A stretch of 64,000 bases of DNA from Paludibacteraceae bacterium (GCA_051870915.1 JBJECI010000024.1:1423-65422), one strand, 5' to 3'. Counted from the first letter of the stretch, positions 42,351-52,045 are shown. The notes: generated from the letters alone by a model not told the origin. Program-made: numbers and translations.

Positions 42351-43430
42351 ATGGGCTTACTTTTATTATTCTTATTGTTGGCGATTGGGGTGTCTTTCTT
42401 GTGCTCGACGCTGGAGTCGGTACTGATGACCACCACGCTGAGTTTCATCACCATGCGCGAAGATGAGGGGTATGCGCCCGCCACGCTGATGAAGAAATAC
42501 AAGACCGAGACCGAGAAACCCCTCGCTGCCATACTCTCCCTCAACACCATTGCGAACACCATAGGCTCTGCCGGCGTCGGGCGGCAGGCTACTATCTTGT
42601 TCGGCTCCGAGTGGTTCGGACTGGTGAGTATCATCGTTACCTTGCTCATCCTCGTTTTCGCCGAGATAGTGCCGAAGACCATCGGCACCACCTACTGGAA
42701 GTCGCTCATGGGCTTCACCGCGAACACCATACGGCTGCTTATCTTCGTGATGTACCCCTTTGTCCTTCTTATTCAGTTGATTACACTTCTCTTCAAGCAC
42801 GAAGACGAAGAGGCGACGGTCAGCCGCGAGGAGGTTATCGCCATGGTCAACGTGGGCGAGGAAGAGGGCGTGATAGAGAAAGACGAGAACAAGATGATTA
42901 CCAACATGATGCGACTCGACTCCATCAAGGCGGCGGACGTGATGACGCCCCGCGTGGTAGCCAAGACCGCACCCGAGCAGATGACCATCAAGGAATACTA
43001 CGACTCCGATGAGTACGACCATTTCTCCCGCATACCCGTCTATAACGAGAACGCACCCGAGTACATCACGGGCTATATCCTGCGCGACGACGCCCTCGAA
43101 GACCTCGCGGAGGACAACTTCCAAGTAACCCTCGGCTCCATCAAACGCACCTTGCCTTCCTTTGACGAGAACATGTCCCTCAGCGACATCTTCGATGCCA
43201 TGCTCAAGCAGAAGTCGCAGATTGCGCTCATCATCGATGAGTACGGCTGCTTCCAGGGTATCCTCACCTTGGAGGACATCATCGAGACCATCTTCGGACT
43301 CGAGATAGTGGACGAGAGCGACGAGTACGTGGACATGCAGCAGTACGCCCGCGAACGCTGGCAACAACGCCAGAAGAAGTACATGAAGATAATAAAGAGT
43401 CAAGAACAAGGAGCCAAGAACCAAGACTAA
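42351..43430 (+). CDS. CNNM/DUF21-CBS family membrane protein (hemolysin-like)
   Basis: The ATG at 42351 gives MGLLLLFLLLAIGVSFLCSTLESVLM. DUF21 TM region followed by a CBS pair. The C-terminal KSQEQGAKNQD comes from an MB-variant repeat. Confidence 0.87.
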   Translation: MGLLLLFLLLAIGVSFLCSTLESVLMTTTLSFITMREDEGYAPATLMKKYKTETEKPLAAILSLNTIANTIGSAGVGRQATILFGSEWFGLVSIIVTLLILVFAEIVPKTIGTTYWKSLMGFTANTIRLLIFVMYPFVLLIQLITLLFKHEDEEATVSREEVIAMVNVGEEEGVIEKDENKMITNMMRLDSIKAADVMTPRVVAKTAPEQMTIKEYYDSDEYDHFSRIPVYNENAPEYITGYILRDDALEDLAEDNFQVTLGSIKRTLPSFDENMSLSDIFDAMLKQKSQIALIIDEYGCFQGILTLEDIIETIFGLEIVDESDEYVDMQQYARERWQQRQKKYMKIIKSQEQGAKNQD

Positions 43431-43688
43431 TAGTTTATTGGATTAAGGATGAAGGACATAAGACAAAAGACTAAATAGTATTGGCTCTAAAACTCACAAT
43501 AAAAGACTAAATAGTATTGACTCTGAAAACTCACAGACGAAGGTAACTTTAACTCCCCCGCCTCTCCTAAAAGGAGGGGAGGGGGTAAGGGGGCGGGAAG
43601 GTACATTCGGCATCAAGCCGCAAAGAGAATAAATAAACTTAAACCACGCATAAAAACAAACAAATGTAAATAGTCCTTCATCCTCATT
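43396..43688. repeat. MB-variant tail of the CNNM CDS, then MB left arms, a GD element and an MB right arm
   Basis: AGAGTCAAGAACAAGGAGCCAAGAACCAAGAC is coding. GGATTAAGGATGAAGGACATAAGACAAAAGACTAAATAGTATTGGCTCTAAAACTCAC has a duplicated core. GD at 43551-43625. TAGTCCTTCATCCTC at ~43670. Confidence 0.85.
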
Positions 43689-44153
43689 ATGCGACTCAAA
43701 AGCGACGTAAATATAAAGAACAAACGGGCGAGTTTCGATTACCTGATTCTCGACCGCTACACCGCGGGCATCGTGCTCTACGGGACGGAAATCAAGTCCA
43801 TCCGCGAGGGCAAGGCGAGCCTTGCCGACACCTACTGCCAGTTCGAAGGCAATGAACTGTGGGTCAAGCAGATGCACATCGCCGAGTACCGTTTCGGCAG
43901 TTATGCCAACCACGAGGCGAAGCGCGACCGCAAACTGCTGCTCCAACGCAAGGAGTTGCGCAAACTGGCGAAACTCGCCAAGGACACGGGCAAGACCATC
44001 ATCCCCCTGCGCCTCTTCATCAACGACCGCGGACTCGCGAAGATGGAAATCGCCCTCTGCCAAGGCAAGCACACCTACGACAAGCGACAAGCCCTCCGCG
44101 AAGCAGACGACAAACGCGAAATGAGGCAAGTTGCAAAAAGTACATTCCGATGA
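43689..44153 (+). CDS. smpB: SsrA-binding protein
   Basis: 154-aa ORF with motif [29 protein letters not shown] and a basic C-terminal tail. Confidence 0.95.
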   Translation: MRLKSDVNIKNKRASFDYLILDRYTAGIVLYGTEIKSIREGKASLADTYCQFEGNELWVKQMHIAEYRFGSYANHEAKRDRKLLLQRKELRKLAKLAKDTGKTIIPLRLFINDRGLAKMEIALCQGKHTYDKRQALREADDKREMRQVAKSTFR

Positions 44154-44188
44154 TTATGCACAAACAAACTATCAATCAATATTATACC

Positions 44189-46879
44189 ATGAACGTAAGT
44201 TTTCAAATCAACTACCGCGCGGAGTACGGACAGAGCCTCTGCGTTATTGAGACCAAATCATCCATCCTCGGCTGGACGGAGGAGCATCCGCTGATGCTCA
44301 ACTGCCACGGGCAGGACTTTTGGACAGTGAGCCTTCCTATCAGCGATTTTGCGGGGGAGGTGCAGTATAAATACGCTATCCGCCTGCAAAACGGCGGGTT
44401 TATCTATGAGGCGGGCGAGCCGCGGAGGTTAGCGCTGAATACCAATGACAAGAAGTTGGTGGTGCGCGACCAATGGCAAGTGGACGACTACGAGAAAGCC
44501 TTTATGACCACGGCTTTCAAGGAGGCGTTGTTTAGGAGGGATAAAGGATTAAGGACACAGGATGAAAGACTGAATAGCGGCGACTCTACATTACCCCGCC
44601 CCCTTACCCCCTCCCCGCAAGCGGGGCGGGGGAGTGCGCCCGCGTCCCCAGTGAAGGGCAATGTGCGGTTTAGTATTGTGGCGCCGCAGGTGTTGCCTAC
44701 ACAGGGGGTTGCCATCGTGGGAAACATACCCGAGTTGGGCAACTGGAATGCAGACGACAAGGTGGCGATGTGCGACTGCGAGTTCCCGCTGTGGCAAGTG
44801 GCGATACAGGCTGCGGCAGACCAAGTGATAGAGTACAAATACGTGGTGTATGACCTGCACTCGGGCAAGGTGGTGGATATGGAATGGGGCGAGAACCGCG
44901 TGGTATGGGGTCTGCAAGAGAACATGGTGATATGCCAGAACGACCGCACTTTCCGCCGCACGCAACCTCGCTTCAAAGGTGCGGGCGTGGCAGTGCCGGT
45001 GTTCTCGCTGCGCACGGAGGACGGCTTCGGTATAGGCGAGTTCCAAGACCTGAAGAAACTGGCGGACTGGGCAGCGAAGACGGGTCAGAAGATGATACAG
45101 ACGTTGCCTATCAACGACACCACGCTGACGCACACCAACCGCGACTCGTATCCGTACAACGCCGTGAGCGTGTTTGCGTTGCACCCGATATACATCAACA
45201 TCGAGAAGATGGGCAGGCTGACGCCCGCGCAGAAGAAGAAATACGACGCGACGAAGGCAGAGTTCAACGCGAAAGCGATAGCCGACTACCAGTGCGTATA
45301 TGACGAGAAGATGAAGTACTTCAAGTCGCTCTTCAAGCGCGACAAAGAGGCGCTGTTCAGCAGCGAGGAATACAAATCGTTTTGGGCGAAGAACGAAGAA
45401 TGGCTGGAGCCGTATGCTGCTTTCTTGGCAAAGCGCGACAAGGAGCCGAAGGAGTTGTACTACTACCTGCAGTTCCACGCGGACAAGCAGTTGGCAGACG
45501 CAGTGGCTTACGCCCACTCGATAGGCGTGGCGATGAAGGGCGATATCCCCATCGGCATCTCGCCTGACTCCGTGGACGCATATATCCACCCCGAGTTGTT
45601 CAACCTTGATGCCTCCGCGGGTGCACCGCCCGATGACTTCTCCATCAGCGGTCAGAACTGGGGTTTCCCGACATACAACTGGGACGAGATGGCGAAAGAC
45701 GGTTTCCTCTGGTGGCGCAAGCGTTTCCAGAAGATGCAAGACTATTTCGACGCTTACCGCATAGACCATATCTTGGGCTTCTTCCGTATATGGCAGATGC
45801 GCAAGTGCGATGTATGGGGACTGTGCGGCCACTTCGTGCCGGCACTACCCTACTCCGCGCAAGACCTATGGAACATGGGCGTGTGCCTTGACGTGGACCG
45901 TATGGTGAAGCCGTATATCCGCGCGAACTTCCTCGGCGACGTGTTCGGCTACGACACGGAGATAGCCAAAGAGCGATTCCTGCGCACCAACGACGGGTAT
46001 GTGTATTACTTCCCCGAGGAGTTTGACACGCAGGTGAAGGTGGAGAACTACTTTAACCACCTGATAGCCGATGACGCGGCGCGTCAGGCGGCAGGGCTGA
46101 GCAAGGAGCAATGCGAGAACCTGCGCAACGGCATGATTTACCTGCACTGCGAGGTGCTGTTCGTGCAAGACCAGCGCAATCCGGAGATGCTGCACCCGCG
46201 TATCAGCATCTATCAGAGCCACTCGTTCAACGAGTTGTACGACGACCAGAAGCGCGTGCTGATGGATATCTACAACGACTATTTCTTCCGTCGCCACACC
46301 GATTTCTGGTGGCAGAGCGCGATGCGGAAGTTGCCGACGCTCATCAACGCGACGCACATGCTCTGCTGCGGCGAGGACTTGGGTATGGTGCCCGCCTGCG
46401 TGCCCGACGTGATGCACCGGTTGCAGATACTGAGCCTCGAGATTCAGCGCATGCCGAAGGACCCGACGGTGGACTTTGCGCACCCCGCCAACGCGCCTTA
46501 CCTGAGCGTATGCACCACGGGTACGCACGACACGAACCCACTGCGCGCATGGTGGGAGGAAGACCGCGCGGTAACGCAGAAGTTCTACAACGAGCAGATG
46601 GGCTGGTGGGGCGAAGCGCCGCAGGTGATGACGCCGGAGATAGCCGAGTTCATCGTGAACCAGCACATGTACTCGCCCGCGATGTGGGTGATTCTGCCGC
46701 TGCAAGACTGGCTGGCGATAGACGAGAAAGTGCGGCTGGCAGACGCGCATGCCGAGCGTATCAACGTGCCCGCAAACCCGCACCACTTCTGGAACTACCG
46801 CATGCACCTGACCGTGGAACAGTTGCTCAAAGAAGACGCATTCAACGAGCATGTGAAACGGCTTACTGCCGTTCGTTAA
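44189..46879 (+). CDS. malQ: 4-alpha-glucanotransferase (GH77) with N-terminal CBM20-like domains and a repeat insertion
   Basis: The ORF opens upstream, overlapping smpB. Homolog-like sequence starts at MNVSFQINYRAEYGQSL (ATG 44189; an alternative ATG at 44150 overlaps the smpB stop). GH77 motifs YRIDHILGFFRIW and CGEDLGMVP. A foreign segment lies at 44537-44655. Confidence 0.9.
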   Translation: MNVSFQINYRAEYGQSLCVIETKSSILGWTEEHPLMLNCHGQDFWTVSLPISDFAGEVQYKYAIRLQNGGFIYEAGEPRRLALNTNDKKLVVRDQWQVDDYEKAFMTTAFKEALFRRDKGLRTQDERLNSGDSTLPRPLTPSPQAGRGSAPASPVKGNVRFSIVAPQVLPTQGVAIVGNIPELGNWNADDKVAMCDCEFPLWQVAIQAAADQVIEYKYVVYDLHSGKVVDMEWGENRVVWGLQENMVICQNDRTFRRTQPRFKGAGVAVPVFSLRTEDGFGIGEFQDLKKLADWAAKTGQKMIQTLPINDTTLTHTNRDSYPYNAVSVFALHPIYINIEKMGRLTPAQKKKYDATKAEFNAKAIADYQCVYDEKMKYFKSLFKRDKEALFSSEEYKSFWAKNEEWLEPYAAFLAKRDKEPKELYYYLQFHADKQLADAVAYAHSIGVAMKGDIPIGISPDSVDAYIHPELFNLDASAGAPPDDFSISGQNWGFPTYNWDEMAKDGFLWWRKRFQKMQDYFDAYRIDHILGFFRIWQMRKCDVWGLCGHFVPALPYSAQDLWNMGVCLDVDRMVKPYIRANFLGDVFGYDTEIAKERFLRTNDGYVYYFPEEFDTQVKVENYFNHLIADDAARQAAGLSKEQCENLRNGMIYLHCEVLFVQDQRNPEMLHPRISIYQSHSFNELYDDQKRVLMDIYNDYFFRRHTDFWWQSAMRKLPTLINATHMLCCGEDLGMVPACVPDVMHRLQILSLEIQRMPKDPTVDFAHPANAPYLSVCTTGTHDTNPLRAWWEEDRAVTQKFYNEQMGWWGEAPQVMTPEIAEFIVNQHMYSPAMWVILPLQDWLAIDEKVRLADAHAERINVPANPHHFWNYRMHLTVEQLLKEDAFNEHVKRLTAVR
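44537..44655. repeat. MB left arm plus GD-like G/C hairpin inside malQ
   Basis: AGGGATAAAGGATTAAGGACACAGGATGAAAGACTGAATAGCGGCGACTCTACATTACCCCGCCCCCTTACCCCCTCCCCGCAAGCGGGGCGGGGGAG, translated RDKGLRTQDERLNSGDSTLPRPLTPSPQAGRGS. Confidence 0.9.
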
Positions 46880-46980
46880 TTATGAATTATGAATTATGAA
46901 TTATGAGTGCATTGTATGCCAAACATCGGGCATGGCGCTCATAATTCATAATGAACATGGGCACTCATAATTCATAATAG
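46877..46980. repeat. W element (AATTATG / CATAATT arms) after malQ, including the left 23-nt direct repeat
   Basis: TAATTATGAATTATGAATTATGAATTATGAGTGC...GCGCTCATAATTCATAAT. CATGGGCACTCATAATTCATAAT at 46956-46978. Confidence 0.9.
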
Positions 46981-46988
46981 GCATAGGT

Positions 46989-47351
46989 ATGAAATTGGAG
47001 AATGTTTTATTAGACAAGAGCAAGAATTTCGCTATTCGTATCATAGGTCTATACAAATATCTCACACAAAATCCGGATGTTTCCAAACGAGAGTTTGTAT
47101 TATCCAAGCAGATATTGAAAAGCGGCACGAGTATAGGGGCAAACGCTCGCGAATCAAGGAGAGCACAAAGCACCGCCGACTTCATATCCAAATTAAGCAT
47201 AGCGGAGAAAGAAGCAGACGAAACAAGTTATTGGTTAGAACTTCTATATGCTACCGACTATATCAACCAAGAAATATACGATAGTTTGTATGCAGATTGC
47301 GAAGAACTGATAAAGTTATTAGCATCCATCATAAAAACAATAAGAAAATGA
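46989..47351 (+). CDS. Four-helix-bundle protein (23S rRNA intervening-sequence protein / Avd-like family)
   Basis: 120-aa ORF with motifs LSKQILKSGTSIGANARES and KLSIAEKEADETSYWLELL, which are characteristic of this family. AT-rich relative to neighbours. Confidence 0.8.
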   Translation: MKLENVLLDKSKNFAIRIIGLYKYLTQNPDVSKREFVLSKQILKSGTSIGANARESRRAQSTADFISKLSIAEKEADETSYWLELLYATDYINQEIYDSLYADCEELIKLLASIIKTIRK

Positions 47352-47428
47352 ATTGTGTCAGCCGCATGGTACTCGTATTATTCAGAGCATGGGCACTCAT
47401 AATTCATAATTCATAATTCATAATTATA
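47352..47428. repeat. W element before glyQS, including the right 23-nt direct repeat and the core TATTCAGAGCA
   Basis: Core at 47379-47389. CATGGGCACTCATAATTCATAAT at 47388-47410, then TCATAATTCATAATTATAAT running up to the ATG. Confidence 0.9.
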
Positions 47429-47430
47429 AT

Positions 47431-48981
47431 ATGGCTACGCAAGAAGAAACATTTAAGAAACTGGTGGCGCACTGCAAAGAGTACGGTTTTGTATTTCCGA
47501 GCAGCGACATCTACGACGGATTGGGCGCCGTGTATGACTATGGTCAGAACGGCGTGGAACTGAAGAACAACATCAAGAAATACTGGTGGGACTCGATGAC
47601 CCTGCTGCACGAGAACATCGTGGGTATTGATGCGGCTATCTTCATGCACCCGACGGTATGGAAAGCGAGCGGGCACGTGGATGCCTTCAACGACCCGCTG
47701 ATAGACAACCGCGACTCGAAGAAACGCTATCGCGCCGATGTGCTGATAGAAGACCAGATAGCGAAAATCGAGGAGAAGATAGAGAAAGAGTTGGCAAAGG
47801 CGCGCAAGCGCTTCGGCGAGAACTTCGACGAGGAACTCTACAAGCAGACCAACGAGCGCGTGCGTGAGCACGTGGAGCACCGCAACACACTGCATGAGCG
47901 CTACGCCAAAGCGATGAACGACAACGACTTGGCGGAGTTGAAGCAAATCATCCTCGACGAGGAGATTGTATGCCCCATCAGCGGTACGCGCAACTGGACG
48001 GACGTGCGGCAGTTTAACCTGATGTTCCAGACGGAGATGGGCTCCACGGCAGACGGTGCGATGAAGATTTACCTGCGCCCCGAGACGGCACAAGGTATCT
48101 TCGTGAACTTCCTGAACGTGCAGAAGACGGGACGCATGAAGATTCCGTTCGGTATCGCACAGATTGGTAAGGCATTCCGCAACGAGATAGTGGCGCGTCA
48201 GTTCGTGTTCCGTATGCGCGAGTTCGAGCAGATGGAGATGCAGTTCTTCGTTCGCCCGGGCGAGGAGTTGAAGTGGTTTGAGCACTGGAAGCAGTTCCGT
48301 CTGCGCTGGCACAAAGCGCTCGGGCTCGGCGATGAGAAATACCGCTTCCACGACCACGAGAAACTGGCGCACTATGCGAATGCGGCAACGGACATCGAGT
48401 TTGAAATGCCGTTCGGCTTCAAGGAGGTGGAGGGTATCCACAGCCGCACCAACTTCGACCTGTCGCAGCATGCGAAATACAGCGGCAAGAAGATGGAGTA
48501 CTTCGACCCCGAGTTGAACCAGAGTTACACGCCCTACGTCATTGAAACCTCTATCGGCGTGGACCGTATGTTCCTGTCGGTGATGTGCGCTGCCTACAAA
48601 GAAGAGACGCTGGAAGGCGGAGACACGCGCGTGGTGCTGAACCTGCCGCCCGTGCTCGCACCCGTGAAGGCATGCGTGATGCCGCTGGTGAAGAAAGACG
48701 GACTGCCCGAGAAAGCCCGCGAGATACAAGAGATGTTGAAGTTCGACTTCCACACCAACTACGACGAGAAGGACTCTATCGGCAAGCGCTACCGCCGTCA
48801 GGACGCTATAGGCACGCCGTTCTGCATCACTGTGGACCACGACACGCTGACCGACAACTGCGTTACCGTGCGCTACCGCGACACGATGCAACAAGAGCGC
48901 GTGAAGATAGACGACCTGCACGCACTGATTCAGAAAGCCGTTGACCCGAAGGTGCTGTATCGGAAGATTGTAGCAGGATAA
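47431..48981 (+). CDS. glyQS: Glycine--tRNA ligase (homodimeric type)
   Basis: 516-aa ORF. Class II motifs (GKAFRNEIVARQFVFRMREFEQMEMQFF) and anticodon-binding C-terminus. Confidence 0.95.
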   Translation: MATQEETFKKLVAHCKEYGFVFPSSDIYDGLGAVYDYGQNGVELKNNIKKYWWDSMTLLHENIVGIDAAIFMHPTVWKASGHVDAFNDPLIDNRDSKKRYRADVLIEDQIAKIEEKIEKELAKARKRFGENFDEELYKQTNERVREHVEHRNTLHERYAKAMNDNDLAELKQIILDEEIVCPISGTRNWTDVRQFNLMFQTEMGSTADGAMKIYLRPETAQGIFVNFLNVQKTGRMKIPFGIAQIGKAFRNEIVARQFVFRMREFEQMEMQFFVRPGEELKWFEHWKQFRLRWHKALGLGDEKYRFHDHEKLAHYANAATDIEFEMPFGFKEVEGIHSRTNFDLSQHAKYSGKKMEYFDPELNQSYTPYVIETSIGVDRMFLSVMCAAYKEETLEGGDTRVVLNLPPVLAPVKACVMPLVKKDGLPEKAREIQEMLKFDFHTNYDEKDSIGKRYRRQDAIGTPFCITVDHDTLTDNCVTVRYRDTMQQERVKIDDLHALIQKAVDPKVLYRKIVAG

Positions 48982-49022
48982 GCCGTCCCCCACTGCGACA
49001 CATACTGACATATCCAAAGAAC

Positions 49023-49060
49023 AAAACAACCGACTGCCCTTTCGAGCAGTCGGTTGTTTT
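49023..49060. terminator. Bidirectional terminator between convergent glyQS and the phosphorylase gene
   Basis: AAAACAACCGACTGC-CCTTTCGA-GCAGTCGGTTGTTTT. Confidence 0.8.
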
Positions 49061-49103
49061 GTATAAGTTCGTTCAAGACGAATCCCTTGATAGCCCCAAT
49101 AGA

Positions 49104-51662
49104 TTAAATCCAGCGGACGTAGCAGAAGTCCATGCGGTGGGGCAGGAGGTCGTTCTGCGGGTACATACGCAATCCGAACTTCATGCCGCCGGCATAGTCG
49201 AACTGATAGGTCGTCTCGAAGAAGAGGTGTGTACCCTCTGCCTTGACGAGTTTCAGCGGCTCTACCTCGTACAACTTGTCGTTGTTGTGGAGCGAGGTGC
49301 GGATAGCCACGAGTTCTACGCCAAGCCCCTTGTCGTTGAGTGCGTGGGTGTCGAGTTCTACCGCTACGCGCACTTTCTCGCCGACGTTGGGTTGCGACAT
49401 GTCGGGCATCTCTACCTTCACTACCTCAATCTCGTCCCAGTGGGCAGCCATGTTCTCTTTCCAAGCAGCGATGTCCTTTGCGGTAGCGTAGTGGTTAGCC
49501 GCGAGCAGGGCATGGCGCTTTGCCAACTTGTTGTAGAACTTGTTGAAGTAGTCGTCCATCATGCGCTTGGTCGTGAAGCGCGGGGTGATTTTGGTAACCG
49601 AGTTCTTGATGGTCTGTACCCACTCCGGCGAGTAGCCTTTGGAGTTCTTGGCATAGTACATCGGGATAATCTCGTTCTCCAACATCTGGTAGATGGTAGC
49701 GGCGTCGAGTTGGTCTTGGTGCGCTTGGTTCTCGTAGGTGCGCTTCTCGGTGAGTGCCCATCCTGCGCCTTTCACGTAACCTTCGTACCACCAGCCGTCG
49801 AGGACGGAGAAGTTCAACACACCGTTCATCTGTGCCTTCTCGCCGGAGGTACCGGAAGCCTCGAGCGGACGGGTCGGGGTGTTGAGCCAGATGTCCACAC
49901 CGCTGATGAGGCGTTTAGCGAGGCGCATATCGTAGTTCTCGAGGAAGATAATCTTGCCAAGGAACTGCGGCATACGGCTGATTTCGATGATACGACGGAT
50001 AAGTCCCTGTCCGCCGCCGTCTGCGGGGTGCGCCTTACCGGTGAAGAGGAACTGCACGGGATAACGCGGGTTGTTGACAATCTTGTCCAGACGCTCGAGG
50101 TCGGTGAAGAGCAGGTGAGCACGCTTGTAGGTAGCGAAACGGCGACCGAAGCCGATGATGAGGTTCTCCGCCTTCATCTCATTGAGCGCGCGCACGATAC
50201 GTGCGGGGTCGCCTTGGCTCTTCATCCAGTCTTCTTGGAACTTCTCCTTGATATAGTCTATCAACTTGTTTTTCAAGTTCATACGGGTAGCCCAAATCTC
50301 CTCGTCGGGGATGTCGTTATAGGCTTTCCACATCTCGAGGTTCGACTGGTCGTTAATCCACTCTGCGGGGAAGGTACGCTCGTACACCTCTTTCCACTGG
50401 CTGGCAGCCCATGTAGGCATGTGCACGCCGTTGGTAACGTAGTCCACGTGCAGTTCCTCGGGGTAGTAGCCGGGCCATACGGGCGAGAACATCTTCTTGC
50501 TGACCTCGCCGTGGAGCCAACTTACGCCGTTTGCCTCTTGGCAGGTGTTGAGCGCGAAGACCGACATGGAGAACTTCTCGTTGTTGTCGTCGGGGTTGGT
50601 GCGGCCCAGACCGATGAGGTCGTGCCACTCGATGCCCAACTTGCCGGCGTACTCGTTCATATACTTATAGAACAGCCCCTCCTCGAAGTAGTCGTGTCCT
50701 GCGGGCACGGGGGTGTGGCAGGTGTAGAGACCGCTCGCGCGCACCACTTCCTTGGCTTGGTTGAAGGTCAAGCCCTCGCCCTGCACGAGGTCCACCATGC
50801 GCTGCAAGCCCATGAGGGCAGCGTGTCCCTCGTTGCAGTGGTAAACATCTTTCTTGATGCCGAGTTTGTTCAGCGCGAGCATACCGCCGATACCGAGCAT
50901 AATCTCCTGCTTGATACGGTTCTCCCAGTCGCCGCCGTAGAGTTGGTGGGTGATTTGGCGGTCCCACTCGGAGTTTAACTCGTTGTCAGTGTCGAGGAGC
51001 AGCAGGTTGATACGTCCTACTGCCACTTTCCACAGGTATGCGTGCACGGTGCGTCCGGGGTAGGGCACGTCCACAATCATAGGGCTGCCGTCCGCCTCTT
51101 TCATCTGCGTGATGGGCAGGTTGCTGAAGTTCTGCGCCTCGTAGTTGGCAATCTGCTGTCCTTCGGGCGAGAGGGTCTGTGTGAAATAGCCGTAGCGATA
51201 GAGGAAGCCTATGGCGGTCATGTCCACATTGCAGTCGGATGCCTCTTTCAGGTAGTCGCCGGCAAGCACGCCTAAACCGCCCGAGTAGATTTTGAGCACG
51301 TGGCTCAAGCCGTACTCCATGGAGAAATAAGCGATGGAGGGCTTCTTCTTGTCGCGCGGTGCGTCCATGTAGCGACGGAAGTCGGCATACACCTTGTCCA
51401 GTTGCTCCATGAAGGCTTTGTCGTTGCTCAGTTCCTGCATGCGCTCATAACTGATGGTGTTAATCAGCATGATGGGGTTAGACTGCGCACGGTGCCATGC
51501 CTCGTTGTCAATTTGACGGAAGAGGTTCTTCCCTTCCGAGTTCCACACCCACCAAAGGTTATAGGCGAGTTCCTGCAATTTGTCAAGGTTTGCGGGCAAC
51601 TTAGCACGCACGTTCACCTCTTTCCACTGAGGTTGATTCACATTACTTACTTTAACGTTCAT
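49104..51662 (-). CDS. glgP: Alpha-glucan family phosphorylase (GT35)
   Basis: 852-aa ORF. Motifs AYFSMEYGL and GGLGVLAGD, and PLP-lysine region EASGTSGEKAQMNG. Confidence 0.92.
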   Translation of the reverse strand: MNVKVSNVNQPQWKEVNVRAKLPANLDKLQELAYNLWWVWNSEGKNLFRQIDNEAWHRAQSNPIMLINTISYERMQELSNDKAFMEQLDKVYADFRRYMDAPRDKKKPSIAYFSMEYGLSHVLKIYSGGLGVLAGDYLKEASDCNVDMTAIGFLYRYGYFTQTLSPEGQQIANYEAQNFSNLPITQMKEADGSPMIVDVPYPGRTVHAYLWKVAVGRINLLLLDTDNELNSEWDRQITHQLYGGDWENRIKQEIMLGIGGMLALNKLGIKKDVYHCNEGHAALMGLQRMVDLVQGEGLTFNQAKEVVRASGLYTCHTPVPAGHDYFEEGLFYKYMNEYAGKLGIEWHDLIGLGRTNPDDNNEKFSMSVFALNTCQEANGVSWLHGEVSKKMFSPVWPGYYPEELHVDYVTNGVHMPTWAASQWKEVYERTFPAEWINDQSNLEMWKAYNDIPDEEIWATRMNLKNKLIDYIKEKFQEDWMKSQGDPARIVRALNEMKAENLIIGFGRRFATYKRAHLLFTDLERLDKIVNNPRYPVQFLFTGKAHPADGGGQGLIRRIIEISRMPQFLGKIIFLENYDMRLAKRLISGVDIWLNTPTRPLEASGTSGEKAQMNGVLNFSVLDGWWYEGYVKGAGWALTEKRTYENQAHQDQLDAATIYQMLENEIIPMYYAKNSKGYSPEWVQTIKNSVTKITPRFTTKRMMDDYFNKFYNKLAKRHALLAANHYATAKDIAAWKENMAAHWDEIEVVKVEMPDMSQPNVGEKVRVAVELDTHALNDKGLGVELVAIRTSLHNNDKLYEVEPLKLVKAEGTHLFFETTYQFDYAGGMKFGLRMYPQNDLLPHRMDFCYVRWI

Positions 51663-51695
51663 GTTTACTATAATGTTGGTTTATATTCTGTTTTT

Positions 51696-51930
51696 AAGAT
51701 AAAGGATGAAAGACACAGGATGAAGGACTAAAAAGTCTCAAAGGAGGTGCGGTCTCCAGGCCGCACCATAGGTGATGCAATGCCCACTGGGTACGCAGGT
51801 GGTACATACCGACTTGTCGTGTGCGTCCCCGCCTGCGGTTTTCAAGGAGGTGCGGTCTCCTGACCGCACACTAATAGACGAAGGTAATAAGTCTTTTGTC
51901 CTTTATCCTTCATCTTTTATCCTTAAATCC
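51696..51930. repeat. Nested composite: MB left arm, HP-A, HP-C-like, HP-A, MB core and right arm (in the phosphorylase leader)
   Basis: MB arm at 51696-51739. HP-A at 51743-51767. GTGCGTCCCCGCCTGCGG at ~51820-51838. HP-A at 51846-51870. CTAATAGACGAAGGTAATAAGTCTTTTGTCCTTTATCCTTCATCTTTTATCCTTAAATCC runs to 51930. Confidence 0.9.
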
Positions 51931-51945
51931 ACACAAAAGCGGCTG

Positions 51946-51977
51946 CAAAGGTACGGAAAAAAATTGAGATATACAAA
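51946..51977 (-). promoter_or_regulatory. Promoter for the glucan phosphorylase gene
   Basis: Minus strand has TTTG (plus 51974-51977) and TACCTTTG (plus 51946-51953), spacing 20 nt. Implies a ~275-nt leader made of repeats. Confidence 0.62.
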
Positions 51978-52013
51978 TAAATGGACAAAAAATCATAAAA
52001 ATGCAATAACGGA

Positions 52014-52045
52014 TTTGCATAATTGAAAAAAAAGCAGTACCTTTG
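52014..52045 (+). promoter_or_regulatory. Promoter for tRNA-Ser
   Basis: TTTG at 52014-52017 and TACCTTTG at 52038-52045, spacing 20 nt. ~115-nt leader. Confidence 0.68.

Noticed and set aside
43859-44188. N-terminal ORF extensions: malQ from 43859, nrnA to 10136, pyrH from 10103, dcp to 35649, tpiA to 39855, CNNM from 42237, coaE from 62416, gamma-CA to 38965.
   Set aside because: The extensions overlap upstream genes, promoters or word repeats. Homolog-like sequence begins at internal ATGs that sit 15-30 nt downstream of consensus promoters.
46989-47351. Avd-like four-helix-bundle gene as part of a diversity-generating retroelement.
   Set aside because: There is no reverse transcriptase ORF, and no template/variable repeat pair in the flanking 10 kb. 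The family is known to occur as isolated copies.
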